Assembly: GCA_026016225.1 (NCBI GenBank)
Contig: CP061210.1
Coordinates: 322,000 to 385,999 of the forward strand
Source: Candidatus Nealsonbacteria bacterium
GTDB lineage: Bacteria; Patescibacteriota; Minisyncoccia; Minisyncoccales; JANBVM01
Direction: 5' to 3'
DNA: 64,000 nt
In this document: positions 8,411 to 16,301 of the stretch, in pieces
Layout: every line of letters begins with the position of its first letter
Position numbering within the stretch: the first letter of the stretch is position 1
Made by a program: the position numbers and the translations under genes
Notes under the pieces: model-generated
Told to the model about the DNA's origin: nothing
Seen by the model: the letters and a program-made list of their open reading frames with translations, nothing else
The model's database searches: none

Positions 8411-9509
8411 ATGAAAAATATTTCTGAGAGAATTGAAGATTTAAAAACTAAACTCCTCAATCTTGAGGACTGTCTTTGACATTAAAAAAAAGAGAAAAAA
8501 ACTTAAGGAATTAGAAAAAGAAATTCAGAACACCAAGTTTTGGCAGAATCAGGAAAGAGCAGTAAAGATTTCTCGAGAATTTAACCAGTTGAAAGAAGAG
8601 ATAGTTGGTTTCGAAAATCTAAAAAAAGAGTTAAATAAAATAAATAGCAAAGAACAGATTCATCGATTAGAGAAAAAGTTAAAAGAGAAAGAAAAGAAAA
8701 TTTTCTTTTCAAAAAAATATGATAGACGGGGAGCTGTTCTATCTATTTATGCAGGGGCTGGAGGACAAGATGCTCAAGATTGGACGACAATGCTTTTGAG
8801 AATGTATGAAAGGTATTGCCAGAGAAAAGGATTTAAAACTAATATTTTACACCAATCTTTTGGAGAGGGTGGAGGACCTGAAGGAAGAATTGGAACAAAA
8901 TCAGTTACTTTAGAAATTAAAGGATTATTTGCTTACGGATTTTTTAAGAACGAGAGCGGAGTCCACAGATTAGTAAGAATTTCTCCTTTTTCAGTAAAAA
9001 ATCTTCGTCATACATCTTTTGCTTTAGTTGAAGTAATTCCTAAAATTGAAGATTTATCTCAGGAAGGAATCGTTATTAATCCTGACGATTTAAAGACCGG
9101 GTTTTATCGAGCTTCGGGTCCCGGAGGTCAATATGTAAATAAAAGAGAGACAGCGGTGAGAATTAAACATTTGCCGACGGGTATTGTAGCTTCTTGTCAA
9201 TCAGAGAGATCCCAGGCCCAAAATAGAAAAAAGGCAATGGAGTTAGTTTATTCAAGACTTTATGATTTTTATCAAAAAAATCGCAGAAGGGAAATATCTA
9301 AAGTAAAACAAAAAAGAGTTTCAGCCAGTTGGGGAAACCAAATCAGGAGTTATGTTTTGCATCCCTATAAGTTAGTAAAAGACCTTAGAACACAAGTAGA
9401 GACTACTAAAGTTGAAAGAGTTTTGGATGGTCAAATTGACCAATTCATTGAAGCCGAGGTAAGAACCATGCCTCGCTCTGCTCGGCAGAACCTTGATTCT
9501 GCGAATTAA
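8411..9509 (+). CDS. prfB: peptide chain release factor 2, with programmed +1 frameshift (join 8411..8476, 8478..9509)
   Basis: Frame-0 ORF MKNISERIEDLKTKLLNLEDCL ends at CTT TGA C (8474-8480). The +1 frame continues DIKKKRKKL... and carries the SPF tripeptide (RISPFS) and GGQ (SGPGGQ). Confidence 0.95.
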
Positions 9510-9518
9510 AACAAAAAA

Positions 9519-10217
9519 ATGATTAAATTTCAAAATATTACCAAAATTTATCCTTTTAATCTTCCTCAATCAAGACCTACCGTAGCATTGGAAAATATAT
9601 CTTTTGAAATTAAACCAAAAGAATTTGTTTCGATTGTTGGTAAATCTGGCGCCGGAAAGACAACCTTATTAAAGCTACTTTTAGTTGAAGAAAAACCTAC
9701 CTCCGGTAAAGTTTTTTTTGAAGGACAGAATGTTCATAAGATAAATTCGGAAGAATTACCAGAACTTCGTAAAAAGATAGGAGCTATCTTTCAAGACTAC
9801 AAACTTCTTCCCTCTAAAACCGCTTATGAAAATGTTGCCTATGCGATGGAAGTGATTGGAGCTTCAGATAAAGAGATTGCCAGGGATGTACCAAAGGTTT
9901 TAGAAATTGTTGGCTTAAGTGAAAGAAAGAATAATTTTCCCGCCGAGCTTTCGCAGGGAGAAAGACAAAGAGTAGCTGTTGCCAGAGCTTTAATTCATCG
10001 ACCAGATGTAATTTTGGCAGATGAACCGACAGGAAATCTTGACCCTTACCACACTTTAGAGATAATTCAACTTTTACTTAAAATTCATGAAATAGGTACA
10101 ACTGTTATTTTAGCCACTCATAACAAAGAAATAATTAACAAATTAGGAAAAAGGGTAATTACCTTAAAAAGAGGAAAATTAATAAGAGACAGAGAAAAAG
10201 GAAGATTCATATTATAA
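9519..10217 (+). CDS. ftsE: cell division ATP-binding protein FtsE
   Basis: 232 aa ABC ATPase with Walker A GKSGAGKTT, signature LSQGERQRV and Walker B ILADEPT. It sits directly upstream of ftsX. Confidence 0.9.
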   Translation: MIKFQNITKIYPFNLPQSRPTVALENISFEIKPKEFVSIVGKSGAGKTTLLKLLLVEEKPTSGKVFFEGQNVHKINSEELPELRKKIGAIFQDYKLLPSKTAYENVAYAMEVIGASDKEIARDVPKVLEIVGLSERKNNFPAELSQGERQRVAVARALIHRPDVILADEPTGNLDPYHTLEIIQLLLKIHEIGTTVILATHNKEIINKLGKRVITLKRGKLIRDREKGRFIL

Positions 10218-10231
10218 ATTAAATCTTTTTT

Positions 10232-11137
10232 ATGTTTGAATTAATTAAAAGAATATTTCGCTCAGGTTGGTATAGTTTTTCTCGCGATGGAGAGCTTGCA
10301 ATAGCTACAGTTTTTATTTTATTTTTAGCCGTTACATTGGTAAGTTCACTTTTGATTTTTAGAGATATAAGTCAATTTTTAATTGTAAGTATTCAAGAGA
10401 AAGTCGACGTTTCAGTCTATTTTAAAAAAGAGACATCTGAGGAAGAAATCTTTGATATAAAAGGAGAAATATCTGAATTTCCCGAGATTAAAAACATTAA
10501 ATATGTTTCCCAAGAACAGGCTTTAGAGGATTTTATGAAAAGACACGAAAGAGAACCTCTCTTAATAGAATCAATTGAAGAATTGGGAAGAAATCCCTTT
10601 TTAGCTTCTTTAAACATCACAACCTGGGACCCAAGTCAGTACGGAAAAGTTTCCCGGTTTTTTGAGGGAATAGAATTTGAAAATATTATTGAAAAAATTG
10701 ATTATTACCAACGAAAATCAATTATTGAAAGAATTCATTCTATAAACTCTATTATTGCCAAATTCGGTATTTCTTTTTCTATAATTTTGGTAATAGTAGC
10801 AATTGCAGTTACCTTTAATACCATCAGGTTGTCAATTTATAACTCAAGGAAAGAAATTAAAGTACAAAGACTTGTTGGGGCTTCAAATTGGTTTATTCGC
10901 GGTCCATTTTTAATACAGGGACTAATTTGCGGGGTTTTAGCTACATTAATTTCTCTTTTAGTTTTCAGTATAACCTGTTGGTTTCTAAGCCCTAAGGTGT
11001 TGAGTTTCTTTAATCTTGATCTTTTTGGATTATTTACCCAAAGGTTTTGGTTGCTGCTTTTTATTCAGTTTGCTACGGGGATTGGATTAGGAGTTATTTC
11101 CAGCATGGTAGCTGTTAAAAAATATCTGAAGGTTTAG
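10232..11137 (+). CDS. ftsX: cell division permease FtsX
   Basis: 301 aa with an N-terminal TM helix, an extracellular domain and three C-terminal TM helices. Contains VGASNWFIRGPF, and the gene order is ftsE-ftsX. Confidence 0.9.
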   Translation: MFELIKRIFRSGWYSFSRDGELAIATVFILFLAVTLVSSLLIFRDISQFLIVSIQEKVDVSVYFKKETSEEEIFDIKGEISEFPEIKNIKYVSQEQALEDFMKRHEREPLLIESIEELGRNPFLASLNITTWDPSQYGKVSRFFEGIEFENIIEKIDYYQRKSIIERIHSINSIIAKFGISFSIILVIVAIAVTFNTIRLSIYNSRKEIKVQRLVGASNWFIRGPFLIQGLICGVLATLISLLVFSITCWFLSPKVLSFFNLDLFGLFTQRFWLLLFIQFATGIGLGVISSMVAVKKYLKV

Positions 11138-11181
11138 TTGTTTAATCACTTGACTACTTATCTACTTAATTACTTATTTAT

Positions 11182-11252
11182 TGGAGGGTCTGCTAATGGT
11201 AGGCAGCTGGTCTCTGGAACCAGTAATGTAGGTTCGAATCCTATCCCTCCAG
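11182..11252 (+). tRNA. tRNA-Gln(CUG)
   Basis: U1:A72 acceptor TGGAGGG/CCCTCCA, anticodon arm CTGGT-CTCTGGA-ACCAG, T arm GTAGG-TTCGAAT-CCTAT, discriminator G. Confidence 0.9.
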
Positions 11253-11254
11253 CA

Positions 11255-11474
11255 TCGCTGTGCGTAGTTCGAGTGACCGAGACGCTTATGGCGTTAGGGC
11301 GACCGAGAGGGGTTCGAATCCTAACGCCGGAGCAGGCTAGTGAGACCTTTCGAGCGACCGAAAGGCCTCATATTTTTGAAAGGTTCGAGAAAAAATATCC
11401 CCGTACCCCGCTAGTAAATCGAACCATATTCGGGGCTGAGCCTCTGCAACTAATCGCCATTTTGGCGATTAGTT
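11255..11474 (+). other. structured GC-rich non-coding element A (T-arm-like stem-loop, CGACCGAGA motifs, two further hairpins)
   Basis: A 9-bp stem GGCGTTAGG/CCTAACGCC (11290-11298/11320-11328) encloses GCGACCGAGAGGGGTTCGAAT. There is a hairpin CCTTTCG-agcgac-CGAAAGG (11346-11365) and an 11-bp hairpin AACTAATCGCC-atttt-GGCGATTAGTT (11448-11474). The ORF-track entry 11138..11479 is judged spurious. Confidence 0.6.
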
Positions 11475-11523
11475 GGTAGAATAAGAACGAAAGGTCATAA
11501 TAAAACTTTAATAACAAAATCAT

Positions 11524-12564
11524 ATGTCTAAAACAATAATTGCAATCATTGTTATAATCATTGTCGCGGGATTAGGTTATTGGATTTATCAATCAACTTT
11601 AGCACCCGAAGAACTAACTGAAAAAGAACAGGCGTGTATAAATTCTGGAGGAGAGGTATTAACATCATTGTGTTGTAAAGCAACTGGTGATTTCCCAAAC
11701 CTGTGTCTTATCGGTCCCTGTGGTTGTTCCCCAGAAAACAGCCATGAAATAAAAGTTTGTGACTGCGGACCTGATAAATGTTTTGATGGAAGTGAGTGCG
11801 TATCTTTAGATGAAGTTTCAAATCTTCTTGAAGACCTTGAACAAGAAACTGGGATAGATTTTTCAGAGATACAACCAGTTGAATTTAAATGGGTGGTTAA
11901 GGTAGATCCAAAAGTGGAAGAGGTGGATATATCAGGAAAAGGATTTGAAGCTACACGCATATCAAGCGAGCAGTATGACAGCGTTGAGTCTTTTTTGATA
12001 GATAGAGGTTTTGAAAAGGACCTTTACAATATGGCTGATGGCACTTTTGTTGGATTGAAAGGATATAAAAAAGACCAGATTGTTTGTACGGTTTCCGGAG
12101 GGTCTACCCCGCAAGAACCTGATATCAATGATGTAACAGTGAAGTGCGGGAAGTTAGAAATAACTATTGATGTGGAAGAACTCTCTCAGTGTGCAAAAGA
12201 TGGAGAGACATTCTCAAGAGTATCTGATCAATACCTTGACAGTTGTTGCGAAGGTCTAAAAGAATGGTTTCCCATCCCCGATACACGTTTTTCAATCGCA
12301 GATGTATGTTATGAAGTTGGGTTACCATCGGAATCTAATATAGGACTCTGTATAAAGTGCGGAGACGGGATTTGTGAAAACCATTTGAACTATAATGAAA
12401 ATCCATGCAATTGCCCAGAGGACTGCGCTGGAAAAAACAAATCCATGTTTCAAAGCATAGAAGAATTTTGCCAGAGCAATGACTGGAAAATGTCTCTTTC
12501 CAAAGCCTGCGAAGAACAAGAACCTATTAAGGGTTCTCCAATATGTGAATTATGCGTTTTTTAA
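11524..12564 (+). CDS. Cys-rich secreted or membrane-anchored protein of unknown function
   Basis: 346 aa with an N-terminal TM/signal anchor (IIAIIVIIIVAGLGYWIY) and two Cys-rich modules, including CGDGICENHLNYNENPCNCPEDC. The gene is visibly GC-richer than the neighbouring housekeeping genes. Confidence 0.7.
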   Translation: MSKTIIAIIVIIIVAGLGYWIYQSTLAPEELTEKEQACINSGGEVLTSLCCKATGDFPNLCLIGPCGCSPENSHEIKVCDCGPDKCFDGSECVSLDEVSNLLEDLEQETGIDFSEIQPVEFKWVVKVDPKVEEVDISGKGFEATRISSEQYDSVESFLIDRGFEKDLYNMADGTFVGLKGYKKDQIVCTVSGGSTPQEPDINDVTVKCGKLEITIDVEELSQCAKDGETFSRVSDQYLDSCCEGLKEWFPIPDTRFSIADVCYEVGLPSESNIGLCIKCGDGICENHLNYNENPCNCPEDCAGKNKSMFQSIEEFCQSNDWKMSLSKACEEQEPIKGSPICELCVF

Positions 12565-12598
12565 AGAAATAGTGAGTAACGAGGTGTGGAGTACCTGC

Positions 12599-12687
12599 TC
12601 TAGAGATTGAACTATTTCCGAGACCGAGCCGCCCATAGCCCCAGGGCGACCGAGAGGGGTTCGAATCCTACCCCTGGAGTTAGTTAG
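12599..12687 (+). other. structured GC-rich non-coding element B (T-arm-like core identical to element A over 28 nt)
   Basis: AGGGCGACCGAGAGGGGTTCGAATCCTA at 12643-12670 is identical to 11296-11323. It is followed by CCCCTGGAG, which resembles the tRNA-Gln 3' end (GGTTCGAATCCTAtCCCTccAG). Confidence 0.6.
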
Positions 12688-12708
12688 CCCCGCCAAGGCG
12701 GGGTTTTT
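12688..12708 (+). terminator. rho-independent terminator
   Basis: CCCCGCC-aa-GGCGGGG followed by TTTTT. Confidence 0.75.
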
Positions 12709-12772
12709 GATTGACGAAAGTTAAGGATATGGTAAAAAGAATTCAGCAAATTTAAATAGAGAGGACCTCAAA

Positions 12773-13003
12773 ATGGGTAAAAGAAAAGACTTAAGGATTA
12801 GGAAGAAATTGGGAAGGATATGCGGTAAATGTTGGTGGTTTAAACCAAAAGAAGAAATAAAAACAAAGAAAAAAGAGGAACAGAAGGGGATATGTAGCCA
12901 TCCTGCTTATGATGGAACCGAAGTAACAGAAAATGATTATTGTGATGGTTGTCGCGAAGGTTTCTGGGATGCAATGTATAGAAGGGATTGGTTAAGCGTT
13001 TAA
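12773..13003 (+). CDS. small basic Cys-rich hypothetical protein
   Basis: 76 aa ORF with a GAGAGGA SD-like motif 8 nt upstream, CxxC pairs (CGKC, CDGC), and a terminator hairpin immediately downstream. Confidence 0.5.
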   Translation: MGKRKDLRIRKKLGRICGKCWWFKPKEEIKTKKKEEQKGICSHPAYDGTEVTENDYCDGCREGFWDAMYRRDWLSV

Positions 13004-13026
13004 AAAGGTTTGGATACTAATTAAAT

Positions 13027-13054
13027 TATGGTGCATTAATCACCATATTTTTTT
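13027..13054 (+). terminator. rho-independent terminator
   Basis: TATGGTG-cattaat-CACCATA followed by a T7 run. Confidence 0.75.
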
Positions 13055-13059
13055 ATTAC

Positions 13060-13165
13060 AGAACTGCCAAACAGGTTCTAACCTCGTCCAGCCCCCGGAG
13101 CAGGCTAGTGCTCGGTTCGAGCGACCGAGAAGCATTTAACCCAATCAATTGACTGATTGGGTTTT
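13060..13165 (+). other. structured GC-rich non-coding element C, with its own terminator
   Basis: CCGGAGCAGGCTAGTG (13095-13110) is identical to 11327-11342 in element A. There is a T-arm-like hairpin CTCGGT-tcgagcg-ACCGAG (13111-13129) containing CGACCGAGA, and a terminator ACCCAATCA-attgac-TGATTGGGT plus TTTT (13139-13165). Confidence 0.55.
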
Positions 13166-13231
13166 CGTTTGAGTTTTATAATAATAGTGCTATCTTAAAA
13201 AAAGATAATCTTTACTTACTTTGTTTTACTT

Positions 13232-13408
13232 ATGGATGCATCTCAAGAAAAAGAGGTATTTATTACACACTATAATTATGCTGACTGCTTAGCAGATTTA
13301 GTTAATAATTCTTCACTTAGTTATAATTTAAAACTGAATCGCAGAAAACTAGCGGATCTAGAAGAAAAAGAGAATTTAATAAAACTTACGAGCGACCTAG
13401 AGGTATAA
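13232..13408 (+). CDS. possible 58-aa hypothetical protein
   Basis: Hand-translated ATG ORF (MDASQEKEVFITHYNYADCLADL...DLEV), below the ORF-track cutoff. It is followed directly by a strong terminator hairpin. Confidence 0.35.
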   Translation: MDASQEKEVFITHYNYADCLADLVNNSSLSYNLKLNRRKLADLEEKENLIKLTSDLEV

Positions 13409-13412
13409 AAAA

Positions 13413-13440
13413 AGAGTAATTAATAATTACTCTTTTTATT
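13413..13440 (+). terminator. rho-independent terminator
   Basis: AGAGTAATT-aat-AATTACTCT followed by a T-run. Confidence 0.7.
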
Positions 13441-13458
13441 TTATTTACGTTCAAAAAT

Positions 13459-13487
13459 TTGACATTTTCCTTTAAGATATTTATATT
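13459..13487 (+). promoter_or_regulatory. sigma70-like promoter (TTGACA-N17-TATATT)
   Basis: Consensus -35 TTGACA at 13459-13464, a 17-nt spacer and -10 TATATT at 13482-13487, about 60 nt upstream of the 13547 start. Confidence 0.5.
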
Positions 13488-13546
13488 AATTTAGGAAGAA
13501 CCTTTAAAATTAAGAATAAAAATTATGAAAGAGGCGATATAAAAAA

Positions 13547-13831
13547 ATGCCAAGTGAAAAAGAAAAAGAAATTAATAAGGTTGTAAATGAAGTTATGGAT
13601 GAAAATGCTAAAACACATAAACCGTTTTATGCTTCGGATGTCAAGCCCGAAATGGAAAGATCTACTGGGAGAAAGTGTAAAGTTTGTGGAGGAGATATTT
13701 TTGAAACATTTAAGATGGAATATGATCCAAGTACTGGCCCACCAGTAATTGGTCCGGGCTCTCGGCAACAATTTCATCGTGTAAGCAAGGGTTTTTACTG
13801 CAAAAAATGCGGTATTAAATATGCCTTTTAG
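13547..13831 (+). CDS. hypothetical zinc-ribbon protein
   Basis: 94 aa with CKVCGG...YCKKCG (CxxC-N45-CxxC). A promoter-like site lies upstream and a terminator downstream. Confidence 0.55.
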   Translation: MPSEKEKEINKVVNEVMDENAKTHKPFYASDVKPEMERSTGRKCKVCGGDIFETFKMEYDPSTGPPVIGPGSRQQFHRVSKGFYCKKCGIKYAF

Positions 13832-13863
13832 TCCGAAGAAGAGAAGAAGACATCATAATCTAT

Positions 13864-13898
13864 AGCGAACATTTGTAAAATTAAGCGTTCGCTTTTTT
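13864..13898 (+). terminator. rho-independent terminator
   Basis: AGCGAAC...GTTCGCT stem followed by a T6 run. Confidence 0.65.
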
Positions 13899-13944
13899 AT
13901 TCCATGAAATCGTCCAGGAAAAAAATCGCCCAAGATATAAATTT

Positions 13945-13953
13945 TTGGTATAA
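13945..13953 (+). promoter_or_regulatory. extended -10 promoter element TGgTATAAT
   Basis: TGGTATAAT lies 16 nt upstream of the 13969 ATG. The same 9-mer recurs at 17509 and 24582 upstream of other genes. Confidence 0.5.
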
Positions 13954-13968
13954 TTTATTAACTAAAAT

Positions 13969-14556
13969 ATGAAAATAAAAATAGCCAACAATAGTATTAA
14001 AGCAATTATTTTTGACATGGTGGGGGTTCTTTTATTTAAAAAAATAAATTATATTCCTAGAAGCCAGAGAGAAATTAATGCGGAAAAAATTGAAAAGTTT
14101 TACAACCATTTAGATGATAAGAAACTTTTATCAGATTTAAAAGAAAAAGCAGGTTTGACTACTAAAGAAATTAGCGAAGCTTTACCATATATTCCTCGAA
14201 AGTATGAGAAATTTAAAGAGTTGTGGGATTTGTTACCCATTTTAAAAAAGAATTACAAGCTGGCTGTAATTAATAATGGAAATAATTTAGCAGAAAAATA
14301 CTGGAAGAAAAAATTTGGTTTTAATATTTTTGATGCTTTTGTTAATTCTGCTAAAGAAAAAGTAAAAAAACCAAATCCAAAAATTTACCTCATTACCTGT
14401 AAAAAACTAAATGTAAAACCAAAAAATTGTTTATTTATGGATGATACTGAGGAAAACATTATTGCAGCTAAAAGGCTAAAGATGAAAACTATTCTGTGGA
14501 AAAAAGGTAAGAAAAAAGAACATCTCAGAAAGTTTATTTCTATCATTCAATCGTAG
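13969..14556 (+). CDS. HAD-superfamily hydrolase (subfamily IA-like)
   Basis: 195 aa with motif I IIFDMVGVL, a KKPNPKIY motif and FMDDTEENI (motif IV region). Confidence 0.75.
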   Translation: MKIKIANNSIKAIIFDMVGVLLFKKINYIPRSQREINAEKIEKFYNHLDDKKLLSDLKEKAGLTTKEISEALPYIPRKYEKFKELWDLLPILKKNYKLAVINNGNNLAEKYWKKKFGFNIFDAFVNSAKEKVKKPNPKIYLITCKKLNVKPKNCLFMDDTEENIIAAKRLKMKTILWKKGKKKEHLRKFISIIQS

Positions 14557-14630
14557 TTAAAACCAATCTATCCTGTTTAATAGCTATCATTTTTATACTA
14601 TCTCACTCGTCTCATTTTAGCTTAAAATAG

Positions 14631-14695
14631 CCCCGATTTATCCGTCCGAAGCCCTCCTACGCCTCCGCCAGCTGGTGGATTAGCTCGGGTTTTTT
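14631..14695 (+). terminator. compound GC-rich hairpin followed by a T6 run (terminator-like); contains a degenerate TCCGCC-N4-GGTGGA inverted repeat
   Basis: Outer pairing CCCGA (14632-14636) with TCGGG (14685-14689), inner pairing ATCC/GGAT, IR TCCGCC-agct-GGTGGA at 14664-14679, then TTTTTT. Confidence 0.5.
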
Positions 14696-14745
14696 AAATA
14701 TATAGTGAGTAGCAGGGTAGGGTAAAATATGATATTTTATAGCAA

Positions 14746-14958
14746 TTAGCTTTCTGGACTTAAATCTGGGATGTAAATATACTCATCTGAACGTTGAAAT
14801 ACGGTTCTAACGTTGTCCACGATGCCCAGCACTTTAGGATATTCTATATGTCTCGCTTTAATTTTTGGTGCGTCCCTTTGGGGCAAGAGAGCAAAATCGG
14901 GCAAATTTGAGATTATTTTCCACGCGGGGCGCGGAATAAATTTTATATCTTGATTCAA
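14746..14958 (-). CDS. questionable 70-aa ORF in a GC-richer non-coding-looking stretch (possible gene remnant)
   Basis: TTG start and no recognisable motifs. It is the only minus-strand ORF in a ~560-nt gap and the surrounding sequence is hairpin-rich. Confidence 0.2.
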   Translation of the reverse strand: MNQDIKFIPRPAWKIISNLPDFALLPQRDAPKIKARHIEYPKVLGIVDNVRTVFQRSDEYIYIPDLSPES

Positions 14959-15027
14959 TGAAACACGGTTCGAGCCGACTTTCGCAAGAAAGTCGAGTTT
15001 TCTTTCCAGGGGTCCTCTCGCAACGAG

Positions 15028-15055
15028 TTGACATGATATCTTGACAGAATATAAT
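15028..15055 (+). promoter_or_regulatory. consensus sigma70-like promoter (TTGACA-N16-TATAAT)
   Basis: -35 TTGACA at 15028-15033 and -10 TATAAT at 15050-15055, 65 nt upstream of the glycosyltransferase pair. Confidence 0.65.
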
Positions 15056-15120
15056 GAAAACTATACAAAACATTCTGTTATAAAATTCCACTAATAACGG
15101 GATTTTAAAACAGCTTTATT

Positions 15121-16296
15121 GTGAAAATTCTATTCCTCTATGATTTCCCTTTATGGGGGTCAGGAAGTGGTACATATCTCAGAAATCTCATTATTCAATT
15201 AGTTAAATTGAACTATAAAATAGGCGTTGTTTGTCCAGAAGAACGCCGGTTTTTAGGAGAGAAGATTAAACAATACCGGGTTAGTCTTCCTCAAATTCCA
15301 GTCTTCATCGGTCATCCAGAATTAAAAGGAGCTAAAAGATATTCAGAATTGAGCGAGAGAGAAATTACCAGCATTTATAAATCTTATTTGGATATAACCT
15401 TGGAGGCAATAGCAAACTTTGAGCCAGACATAATTCATGTTCAGCATCTTTCTTTAATTAGCTGGGTGGCAAGATATGCCAATGCCTTAAAAAATATCAA
15501 ATATATCATCACTTCCCACGGAAGTTGTCTATATAATATTCTTTCTAATAAGAGATATCTACCTCTATGTAAGGATGCAGTGAGATTTGCTAAAGCAATC
15601 ACTACTGTAAGTGGAAATACTCGAAGTAGATTTTTGAAAGTATTTGGCAGGCAGTATCTCAAGAATACTTACATAATCCCTGGAGGAGTAGATATGAAGC
15701 TTTTTCCTCTTCAATTAGATACTTCTTCTATAGATAAAAAATACAAACTTAAAGGTAAAAAATTAGTTCTTTTTTCCGGCCGGCTTAGTTCAGAAAAGGG
15801 AGTGAAATATTTAGCAAATGCAGCCAAGGAAATTAAGGGAGAAGTTTTTATAGTTGGAGAAGGGCCTGAGAGACCGTATCTTTCTGACCTCATTGCCAGA
15901 AAGAAGCTTAAGAACGTCCACCTTATAGGATATTTAATGCATGAAAGCTTAATTGATTTTTATTACAGGGCTGATGTCTTTGTTGCCCCTTCAGTAGTTG
16001 AAGAGGCTTTAGGTCTTTCTATTCTGGAAGCAATGGCTGCTAAAACTCCCGTAATAGCTACTAGAAAAGGAGGAATTCCTCTTTTGGTAAAAAGTGGCTA
16101 TAATGGACTCTTTGTTAGAGTAAGGAACTCATTGAAAATCGCAGAGGCCTGTAATAAACTATTAGAAAATGATGAGCTAAGAAAAAAAATGGGAGAAAAT
16201 GCACGAAAAACAGTTGAAAAAAAGTTTACCTGGCAAAAAACTGCTAAGAAATTCAATAGCCTTTATAAAAGAGCTTGTGGGAACAATAGAAAATAA
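15121..16296 (+). CDS. glycosyltransferase, GT4 family (GT-B fold)
   Basis: 391 aa, GTG start. C-terminal EEALGLSILEAMAAKTPVIATRKGG matches the GT4 E-x7-E region. Confidence 0.85.
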   Translation: MKILFLYDFPLWGSGSGTYLRNLIIQLVKLNYKIGVVCPEERRFLGEKIKQYRVSLPQIPVFIGHPELKGAKRYSELSEREITSIYKSYLDITLEAIANFEPDIIHVQHLSLISWVARYANALKNIKYIITSHGSCLYNILSNKRYLPLCKDAVRFAKAITTVSGNTRSRFLKVFGRQYLKNTYIIPGGVDMKLFPLQLDTSSIDKKYKLKGKKLVLFSGRLSSEKGVKYLANAAKEIKGEVFIVGEGPERPYLSDLIARKKLKNVHLIGYLMHESLIDFYYRADVFVAPSVVEEALGLSILEAMAAKTPVIATRKGGIPLLVKSGYNGLFVRVRNSLKIAEACNKLLENDELRKKMGENARKTVEKKFTWQKTAKKFNSLYKRACGNNRK

Positions 16297-16301
16297 AGTT
16301 T

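Noticed and set aside
11290-11328. GTTAGG...CCTAAC inverted repeat considered as an integron attC site, with elements A, B and C as cassette boundaries
   Set aside because: The order of the boxes is the reverse of the attC R''(…AAC)/R'(GTT…) arrangement. There are no L boxes or extrahelical bases, no intI, and elements B and C lack the motif.
11433-11441. GGGGCTGA string downstream of a T-arm-like element, suggesting a permuted (two-piece) tmRNA
   Set aside because: The similarity to the tmRNA 5' end stops after 8 nt. No complementary acceptor 3' strand (CAGCYCCACCA) is present and there is no tag-peptide reading frame. An 8-mer match is expected by chance in 64 kb.
11138-11479. 113-aa ORF in the ORF track
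   Set aside because: It runs straight through tRNA-Gln(CUG) and the hairpin-rich element A. It has a non-ATG start and no protein-like features.
14979-15006. GAGCCGAC...GAAAGTCGAG hairpin considered as group II intron domain V
   Set aside because: The lower helix cannot pair (GAGCC versus GTTTTC). There is no 2-nt bulge geometry, and no RT/maturase ORF or other intron domains are nearby.
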